From Candidatus Latescibacterota bacterium (GTDB lineage Bacteria; Latescibacterota; UBA2968; GCA-2709665), in the NCBI GenBank assembly GCA_965203805.1, contig OZ241917.1:4960001-5024000 (forward strand): a stretch of DNA of 64,000 nt, in the 5' to 3' direction. The position numbers and the translations under genes are program-made. Shown here in pieces: positions 57,030-64,000 of the stretch. Each line of letters starts with the position of its first letter. The stretch's first letter is position 1. The notes beneath the pieces are model-generated. The model did no database searches. It was not told the origin of the DNA and saw only the letters and a list, made by a program, of their open reading frames with translations.

Positions 57030-58994
57030 ATGAACTCCGACCCCGGCTTCCGTGCGCCCGATGAGGATGTTCGAGACGGCCTGACACCGCGAGCCCTGCT
57101 GATCGGCCTTGCCCTGTGCGTGTTTCTGGGACTGGTGCTGCCCTACAACCGCATGGTAATCCAGGGCCGGTGGCTGAACGCCTACTTCATAGACCGCGGC
57201 GCGTTGGTGCTCCTGTTCTTTCTGGTTCTGTTCGCCAATCCGCTGATCGCAACGCTGCGGAGACGATTCGCCCTTCACCGTGGCGAATTGCTGGCCATTT
57301 ACGCGATGTTTCTGTTTTTGCTGCCCGTCTCGCAAATGGTCAAGCATCTGATTTCGTACCTGACAGGTGTTACCTATTACGCCTCTCCGGAGCGACGGGA
57401 CCTGGAGGCGGTGCTTCCCAATATCGTCTCCTGGACCGCCCCTCGGGACTCCGAGGTCGTCCGTGGTCTTTACGAGGGGCTGCCCGACGGGGTCCCGCCG
57501 CCCTGGGGAGCGTGGCTCGTCCCCCTCCTCAGTTGGGGCGCATTTCTGCTGGTGCTCCTCGGGGTTCTGATCTGCCTTGCGGTTGTCATCCGGAAACAGT
57601 GGGAGGACCACGAACGGTTCGCATTTCCCATCATGCAAGTCCCCCTGGAGGTGAGCGAGACCCGAAGCGGCAGGGTGGGACGACTCTTCAGGAACCGCTT
57701 GATGTGGGCGGGTTTCGCGATTCCGTTCCTGATCGGATCGATCAACGCGCTGCACCACTACTTCCATACGGTCCCCCGGATCGGTCTGGTCCACGACATC
57801 TGGGTCTTCGGCGGTACGACGCCCTTGCGCCTCAGGCTCCACTTCGCTATTCTGGGGTACTCGTATTTCGTAAATACGGACGTGAGCCTGAGCATCTGGG
57901 TTTTCAACGTCCTCTCCAAGATTGTCCGAGGCGTGCTGGCGGTCCTGGGCGCGGAACGCTACAATGTATCGGGTGTGGTTGGCCGGTTCAGTTCCCAGGG
58001 ACACGCGTCTCTCGCCCTGATGGGCATGGGATACATGATCGTTCTGGCCGCGTACAGCCTGTGGGTGGGGCGCGAACACCTGCGGCAGGTTGCGGCGAGA
58101 GCGATGGGAAGACCGTCGCCGGCGGACGATTCACGCGAAGTGATGTCCTACCGTGCCGCTCTGACTGGAATTGGAGGAGGAACGCTGTACCTGGGAGGCT
58201 GGCTGTATCAGGCCGGGATGTCGCCGCCGGTGATCCTGGTGCTGTTCGCCTCCTGCTTCGTGGTGTTTCTGGTGATGGCGCGGATTGTAAGCGAGACGGG
58301 GTTTGTCACCGCTTACTCACCCATCAACCCCGCGGAGTTCGCGGTGTGCATGGTGGGGTCTTCCGCTTTCAGCCCGCCGGGCCTGGTCACGCTGGGGTTC
58401 GGCTATGCATGGACGATGACACGGACGAGTACGCTGATGCCCCGCGCCGCGGGCGCACTCTGGCTCGCCCGCCGGATACCCCGAAGCAAGGGCCTGGTCT
58501 GGGCAATGGGTCTTGCCCTGGCCGTGGGCCTGATCACCGCGAGCACGATGACGCTCAAGCTCGGATATGCCCACGGCGGTCTCAACCTGGACCGTCACTT
58601 TCTGGACTATGCGCGCCTGCCGTTCGATGCCTTCGTGGGTCGACGCATGCTGGAACCGAGTCCGGTATTCACCAGAGGAATTCTGTACCTTGGATTGGGA
58701 GCCGCCATTGCGGCGCTTCTGGCAGCGATGCGGGCCCGTTTCGTGTGGTGGCCGCTGCATCCGGTCGCGCTTCCCGTCAGCACGATAGCGTATACGGATT
58801 ACTTCTTTATCAATGTCTTCCTGGCCTGGGGGATCAAGAGCCTGGTGTTGAGTTTCGGAGGCGCAAGGCTCTACCGGTCGACCCGCCCGTTCTTCATGGG
58901 TATCATCCTGGGGGAGGCCGTCTGTACCGGGCTGTGGATCGCTGTCGATTACTTCACCGGAACGGTGTCGAATATGTTCTTTCCGTACGCGTAA
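57030..58994 (+). CDS. polytopic membrane protein, DUF6785/DUF6784 (OPT-like putative transporter)
   Basis: LTPRALLIG, VPPPWGAWLVPL..W, RKQWEDHERFAFP, WWPLHPV, RPFFMGIILG; many TM helices. Confidence 0.8.
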   Translation: MNSDPGFRAPDEDVRDGLTPRALLIGLALCVFLGLVLPYNRMVIQGRWLNAYFIDRGALVLLFFLVLFANPLIATLRRRFALHRGELLAIYAMFLFLLPVSQMVKHLISYLTGVTYYASPERRDLEAVLPNIVSWTAPRDSEVVRGLYEGLPDGVPPPWGAWLVPLLSWGAFLLVLLGVLICLAVVIRKQWEDHERFAFPIMQVPLEVSETRSGRVGRLFRNRLMWAGFAIPFLIGSINALHHYFHTVPRIGLVHDIWVFGGTTPLRLRLHFAILGYSYFVNTDVSLSIWVFNVLSKIVRGVLAVLGAERYNVSGVVGRFSSQGHASLALMGMGYMIVLAAYSLWVGREHLRQVAARAMGRPSPADDSREVMSYRAALTGIGGGTLYLGGWLYQAGMSPPVILVLFASCFVVFLVMARIVSETGFVTAYSPINPAEFAVCMVGSSAFSPPGLVTLGFGYAWTMTRTSTLMPRAAGALWLARRIPRSKGLVWAMGLALAVGLITASTMTLKLGYAHGGLNLDRHFLDYARLPFDAFVGRRMLEPSPVFTRGILYLGLGAAIAALLAAMRARFVWWPLHPVALPVSTIAYTDYFFINVFLAWGIKSLVLSFGGARLYRSTRPFFMGIILGEAVCTGLWIAVDYFTGTVSNMFFPYA

Positions 58995-59028
58995 GGCGAA
59001 CATGCGGAGTCACGGAACGGAGGGAAAA

Positions 59029-59790
59029 ATGAATTCAGTTGAAACCGCGGAACCGGGCAGCGGCGGGACACCCGCTGTCGAACTGAATCAGACCTGGGAC
59101 ATGGGTCGCCTGGTTGACCTGACTTGCGATTACTTCAACGGCATGCCCGTGGATATGACAGGCACGTTGCCTTCATTCCAGATGCGTGAACTGGACGAGG
59201 AGATGGAGGCCCTTTGCAGGGGTCGCGAGTACCGAAGTTACACCCAGGAAGTCCGGATGTGCGTGCAGGCCGGCAACTATCTGGAAACGGGAGCGCACCT
59301 CTATCCCGATATGGAGTCGGTGGCCGACGTCGGGCTGGAACGGCTGTTCGTATCCGCCGTGGTCATGCATATCCCCAGAGGAAGGGACGAAAAGATAACC
59401 GCCGCCGACCTGGACGGCGCACTGGCGGCGCTTGGCGAGACGGTCCAACCGGGGGATGGTATCCTGGTCGCCACGGGATACAACCGGTTTGGCAGCAACG
59501 ACGTTCGCTGCGAACTGACGCCGCACTTCAGCTACGACGCGATCGACTGGGCGGTGAGTCGAAATCCTTCGATCCTGGCTTCGGATATGGCCAGTTGGCA
59601 CGACGGGGAGGAAGAACCCAGTTTCTGGCCCATGCTCATGAGGTCCGGCGTTCTGGTGATCGGTTCGCTGTTGAACTTGACGGAGATTTCCGCTCCACGG
59701 ATCCGGTTGATTGCCCTGCCGATGAAAATCCGCGGGGCCTGCGCGGCGCCGTGCCGGTTGATCGCCGTAGTTCCATCTCGTGCCCGGTAA
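59029..59790 (+). CDS. cyclase family (kynurenine formamidase-like) protein, divergent
   Basis: LVDLT, PGDGILVATG, PHFS.DAIDW, LIALPMKIRGACAAPCRLIA. Confidence 0.8.
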   Translation: MNSVETAEPGSGGTPAVELNQTWDMGRLVDLTCDYFNGMPVDMTGTLPSFQMRELDEEMEALCRGREYRSYTQEVRMCVQAGNYLETGAHLYPDMESVADVGLERLFVSAVVMHIPRGRDEKITAADLDGALAALGETVQPGDGILVATGYNRFGSNDVRCELTPHFSYDAIDWAVSRNPSILASDMASWHDGEEEPSFWPMLMRSGVLVIGSLLNLTEISAPRIRLIALPMKIRGACAAPCRLIAVVPSRAR

Positions 59791-59862
59791 ATGGATCTGA
59801 AGTCGCGGGACGGGCGAGAGGCCCGCAGCGCCGGACACACGAACTCACTGGAGGGGGTTGCC

Positions 59863-60993
59863 ATGAGGATTAAGCGGATTTCCGCCCATCGGCTCAGGGA
59901 ATGCGAAATCAGTATGGAGAAGTGGACGCATTTCACGAAGTGGAAGGCGAGCGAGGACTGGATCGAGGACGAAGACTTCGGCAAGAAGTGGATATCTCCC
60001 ACGTGCGTAACTTACAATCCCACCGACGGCCTGGTCTACGTCGGGCTGACCGCGCTGGACAGGGATATCTTCTATACATTCGACCCGCGTACCCACATCT
60101 GGGAATCCCTTAACTATCCCGGCGAGCGGGACCGGTACGGCAGCAAGATTCACCAGGGCCTCGAGGTGGACGACCAGGGCCGTGTGTACGCGGGGGTCGC
60201 CACGCTGGGCGACGCCGATATCTGGCCGAACGCGGCGGGCGGTCCCATATTCAGGTATGATCCACGCAGCGGCGAGTATGAGTTTCTGTGTATCCCGAAT
60301 GAGCACGACTACGTTCAGGGGTTCGTGATGGACCGCAGCCGCGGCATTATCTACGGCGATACGTTTCCTGGAAGAAAGATGTTCCGATACGATATCGGAA
60401 GCGACAGTGCGCGCGTGTTGACCATGCTGGGCGACGTTTCCACCGAACATCTGGCGCTCGACGCGGACGGAGGCGCCTGGCATACGTACGAATTGATGCA
60501 GTGGGCCGGGCGGTACCCGCTTCTCCGATACGACCCGGACCGGGACGAGATCGAATTCACGAACGTGGACCTGCCGGACGTATCGCCCGGAATCAAGGGA
60601 TCCAATCAGATGGATACGGCGCTGCTGACGGAGGACGGGACGCTGTATATCGGCACTACCGCGGGGGCGCTGGTGCAACTGGACCACCGGGGTCCGGAAG
60701 TGAACGCGACGTATCTCGGAAAACCCTACGTCGCGCCGCGTATGAAGGGATTGGTCGAGGGTCCCGACGGGCTGATCTACGGCGTCAGCGGGGGAGACTA
60801 CGACACCCACTTCTTCACGTACGATCGAGGCGCCGGCGTTTTCGACGATCTGGGGCCGATCCGGGATACGCGGGACGGAACGCAATGCTGGCTGGCGCAC
60901 CACATGTGCATGGTGGACGCGAAGACATTCATCGTCGCCGAATCCGACAACCACTTCCGCGCGAGCTTTCTCTTCAAGGTGGAACTGGAGTAG
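59863..60993 (+). CDS. hypothetical beta-propeller protein
   Basis: Repeated DGLVYVG / IFRYDP / DGTLYIGT blades; RBS ggaggggg. Confidence 0.7.
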   Translation: MRIKRISAHRLRECEISMEKWTHFTKWKASEDWIEDEDFGKKWISPTCVTYNPTDGLVYVGLTALDRDIFYTFDPRTHIWESLNYPGERDRYGSKIHQGLEVDDQGRVYAGVATLGDADIWPNAAGGPIFRYDPRSGEYEFLCIPNEHDYVQGFVMDRSRGIIYGDTFPGRKMFRYDIGSDSARVLTMLGDVSTEHLALDADGGAWHTYELMQWAGRYPLLRYDPDRDEIEFTNVDLPDVSPGIKGSNQMDTALLTEDGTLYIGTTAGALVQLDHRGPEVNATYLGKPYVAPRMKGLVEGPDGLIYGVSGGDYDTHFFTYDRGAGVFDDLGPIRDTRDGTQCWLAHHMCMVDAKTFIVAESDNHFRASFLFKVELE

Positions 60994-61013
60994 GTTCGGA
61001 TAGAGGGAACCGG

Positions 61014-61553
61014 ATGGTCCTGATTGCGATCGGTGGATTTCCGGGCGCCGGAAAGACGACGATTTGCCGCAGACTCTCAAATGAATTCAATCTGCCCTGC
61101 TTGAGTTCGGATACAATCGGTCGGGCAATAACAGAGTCCAAGGGCCTCCGGGACAGTGGCGCCGACGCATTCCGGATTGCCTACGACGTCCTCTTCCGCC
61201 TATGCGAGGAGTTCGTCCAGTCCTCGGCGACAGTGATACTCGATCTCACTCTCGGATGGGATTTCCATTGGCGGCGGCTTGACGAGATTATCGGCCGGCA
61301 TCCCCGGACACTGTTTCTTCCCGTCATCCTCCGCTGCTCATACGAGCAGTGTATGGAGCGAGTCAGGGAGCGACACAATGCAATGCCGGATGTCTACGCC
61401 GCTCCCGTCTACTTCCAGGATGAGCCGAAGGTCCGCGATATCTGGGATTATCTGGAGGCCATCGATCGCCCGGAGATCCGCTTCGTGGATGCCCGAGGCG
61501 ACGAGGACCAGGTGTATCGCGCAGTTAAACAGTGTGTTATCGACCGGATGTAG
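61014..61553 (+). CDS. P-loop small-molecule kinase (AAA_33-like)
   Basis: GFPGAGKTT, LSSDTI, VILD, ERVRER lid. Confidence 0.8.
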   Translation: MVLIAIGGFPGAGKTTICRRLSNEFNLPCLSSDTIGRAITESKGLRDSGADAFRIAYDVLFRLCEEFVQSSATVILDLTLGWDFHWRRLDEIIGRHPRTLFLPVILRCSYEQCMERVRERHNAMPDVYAAPVYFQDEPKVRDIWDYLEAIDRPEIRFVDARGDEDQVYRAVKQCVIDRM

Positions 61554-61798
61554 AAATCTGGTGGGAAGCCTGGCATTTCATCTGACCGTGGCGAGCGACC
61601 ATCGGGGATTTACCGGGAGACATAAGCGCGGTTCTGGGACAAGCACCGAGTGCGATTGAATGGAGAGACCGAGCTTTCGCCGGATGCCCAACGGTAGGGG
61701 CAGGAATCAAACACGCCCTTGGTTCCCTATGCCCGGGGATGCAGTGTGACGTGGGTTCCTGCGTAACGAAAAAAACTGAGTTTCCGTCATTCTGCAGG

Positions 61799-61827
61799 TT
61801 GACAGTGCTGCTGCATTGGGGTATGTT
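61799..61827 (+). promoter_or_regulatory. putative sigma70 promoter
   Basis: TTGACA-N17-TATGTT. Confidence 0.55.
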
Positions 61828-61926
61828 ACAACAGGGCACGGCAGGCGTGCGAACGCAGGCCCTTCTCGCGATATATCTCCCGGCCTTACTTGAAACCTAT
61901 CCCGTAATTGACAGAAAAGTATACGA

Positions 61927-62301
61927 ATGGATCGAAAGTCCATTTGGAGTGTCAGCAACTTCGACGCTTTTTTTGGTTTGGCGATATTCTTATTTGCAGT
62001 TGGTATGTTTCTGCGGTTTTACGGACCATACGAATGGTCATGGTCCTTCGCGCTTGTTGGAGATTTCACAACTGTCATCGCTTTCGCGATCACCACTGCA
62101 TTTTTCTTTCTGGAAGGGGGCGGCCTTGTGATGGGATTTGCATATGAGGCATTTGCCAGACGGAGGTACGAAAAAGGACGCAGGGAGGGAATAAGAGAAC
62201 GGGACGAAAAATACGCCGCGTGGATCGCGGAAGAGAAGAAAAAGGGAGAGCAGGGCTTTAAGGATGCCCCGCCTTTTCTCAAGAGCGGGAATGAGGACTG
62301 A
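61927..62301 (+). CDS. hypothetical small 2-TM membrane protein with charged tail
   Basis: Lower-GC ORF between a promoter and a terminator (about 62327-62358); EKGRREG tail. Confidence 0.6.
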   Translation: MDRKSIWSVSNFDAFFGLAIFLFAVGMFLRFYGPYEWSWSFALVGDFTTVIAFAITTAFFFLEGGGLVMGFAYEAFARRRYEKGRREGIRERDEKYAAWIAEEKKKGEQGFKDAPPFLKSGNED

Positions 62302-62487
62302 AGTCCGAATCTGTCGAGAACCTGGCGGCCGGGGCGAACGCAGCCTCGGCTTTTTTTTCATCTGAAAGACCGAAATCTGAATTCTGAGGGCAATCGAAGC
62401 CCATTCAGACTGCGGTCCCTTAAACGCCAATCGACTTCGCTCAGAATGACCTGCTGGCCGGACAGTTCCGTCGCGGGAGGCCGGGCG

Positions 62488-62723
62488 CCTGCCTGCCCGT
62501 GCCCTGAGCCGCTCGCTGAGCTTGTCGAAGGGTCGGCGAAGGGATAGCGAATGGTCTACGGGCTGCCTGAACGCGGGCATTTCGACATTTCGACAAGCTC
62601 AATGACCACGCATGGATATGTTCAATAAATGTCATTGAGCGGCGAAAGGGTTCCGTCAAACCTTCATTTGACCGTCATGCTGAGGAAGCCGTTGTGAGGG
62701 TGGGGCAGACATTCCTGTCTGCC
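62488..62723. repeat. cluster of REP-like palindromes, partly nested
   Basis: CTGAGCTTGTCGAAGGG-type units, gctcaatgac/gtcattgagc inverted pair, second GGCAGACATTCCTGTCTGCC at 62704-62723. Confidence 0.75.
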
Positions 62724-62740
62724 GACGCGCAGTTAATCTG

Positions 62741-63250
62741 TCATCCAGAGGAAGCCCAATCGCCGATGACGTCTCCGCGTTGTCGATTGAGACGTTGTTT
62801 GTAGAGTTCAATACCTCGGATGGCCACACGGGCAGTGTTTCGCATTCGTTCGAGATCGTCCAGCGAAACCCATCTGATTTCGGCAATCTCGGAGTTGCCG
62901 CTGATGTGGTCTGACGATATCCAACAGGCAAATATGGTCACCGTGTCACGCTTTGCCTCCGCGTCGGTACGGTACTCGCCCAATTTCACAGAACGATACG
63001 GAGAAACGGACAATTCTTCCCGGATCTCTCGCTTGATAGCCCCGTCCGGCGTTTCCCGTCTCGGACGGTAGCCCCCACCGGGAAGATTCCAGAGCTCCGT
63101 GTTGCCGTATGTGTTTCGGATGAGCAGGACCCGACGATCATCGCCTGGACGTGTAACGATGCCCTTTACACCAAACGTCTGCGGGCGAAATATCCGCCAA
63201 TAGACTCTCGCCAGGTGTAACAGGATTCTGCGAATGCAAGAGAACTCCAT
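62741..63250 (-). CDS. NUDIX hydrolase
   Basis: WNLPGGG...ETPDGAIKREIREEL Nudix box. Confidence 0.88.
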   Translation of the reverse strand: MEFSCIRRILLHLARVYWRIFRPQTFGVKGIVTRPGDDRRVLLIRNTYGNTELWNLPGGGYRPRRETPDGAIKREIREELSVSPYRSVKLGEYRTDAEAKRDTVTIFACWISSDHISGNSEIAEIRWVSLDDLERMRNTARVAIRGIELYKQRLNRQRGDVIGDWASSG

Positions 63251-63463
63251 TGCGATAGGTTCCCATCAATAGTTACGCCAATGGTCGTGGGGTAATCTAC
63301 ACTATATGAATTCAACAGGTTGTCAAGTCTAATCGAGGAATTCGATTGCACCGGGAGTTTGCAGGTTCGTATAACTGAAGCGAAAGGTGCGGGTGTCCAC
63401 GCGGGAGAGTTCCGACACGTATATCAATTTGTGGTAAACTCAACCGACAACTTAGGACACATC

Positions 63464-64000
63464 TTGGAGCTTTCTGACGCTGCCCTCTACGTCTCCGACC
63501 TGGACGGCACGCTATTGCGCGACGATACGACGCTGTCGCGGTTCAGCAGGGATACCATGAACGCGCTGCTGGATCAGGGTCTCCTCTTTACCGTGGCCAG
63601 CGCACGGAGTATCGCCTCCATGCATCGATTGCTGGCCGGATTGCGCCTCCGTCTGCCGGTGGTCGAATTCAACGGCGCTCTTGTTTCCGACCTGGCCGGC
63701 GGCGAGCATTATCTGATCCACGACCTGCACCGCGATATCCTGCCCGAATTGTGGCAACAGATAACCGACGCAGGGCACGTGCCCTTTGTCTCGACTTACG
63801 ACGGCGCGGCCGACCGTTGCTACTATGGCGATATCACCAACGAAGGCATGGCCTGGTACTTGCGAAACAGGCGTCTCAACCGGGATCCGCGCATGTGCTA
63901 TCTGTCCGAACTGGAACGCGGATTGGAAGATCGGGTGGTCTGCCTTACGGTTATCGGCCCGGGCGCTGAACTGTGTAACCTGGGTGAAGCCATCAACAAC
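63464..64000 (+). CDS. Cof-type HAD-IIB hydrolase (partial, runs off window)
   Basis: TTG start; LYVSDLDGTLL, FTVASARS, VEFNGA read directly from the sequence; absent from the ORF track. Confidence 0.88.
   Translation, partial: MELSDAALYVSDLDGTLLRDDTTLSRFSRDTMNALLDQGLLFTVASARSIASMHRLLAGLRLRLPVVEFNGALVSDLAGGEHYLIHDLHRDILPELWQQITDAGHVPFVSTYDGAADRCYYGDITNEGMAWYLRNRRLNRDPRMCYLSELERGLEDRVVCLTVIGPGAELCNLGEAINN

Overview
High-GC bacterial genomic window. No rRNA, tRNA, CRISPR array or intact transposase was seen. T9SS-type C-terminal domains, a PorV-like barrel, a DUF6785-like transporter and a giant WD40 protein with a dockerin-like tail suggest an FCB-group organism (Latescibacterota/Gemmatimonadota-like, possibly host-associated); this is inference. 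Layout: (1) 0.1-9.4 kb phosphate locus with CHAD protein, orphan ParA and ppk1, converging on a phoB-serine hydrolase-phoR unit interrupted by a ~900-bp toxin-antitoxin insertion; (2) 9.7-26 kb mixed enzymes, several unusual fusions, a ~1410-aa secreted WD40 protein and a four-level nested palindromic repeat; (3) 26-33 kb rimO-folA-thyA, rpmB and a FolC/ATP-grasp fusion; (4) 33.5-61.5 kb co-oriented uptake/catabolic island with a SusD-less TonB receptor/T9SS cargo/PorV triad, two secreted Cache-domain paralogs (one with an in-frame amber stop) and a riboswitch-like leader; (5) 61.8-64 kb small membrane protein, REP cluster, NUDIX and a partial HAD gene. Best candidates for undescribed systems: a CHAD-ParA-PPK1 polyphosphate-granule positioning module, the TBDR/cargo/private PorV triad, the FolC-ATP-grasp fusion and the nested 23-33 bp insertion elements. 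All family calls come from motif recognition by eye, not database searches.
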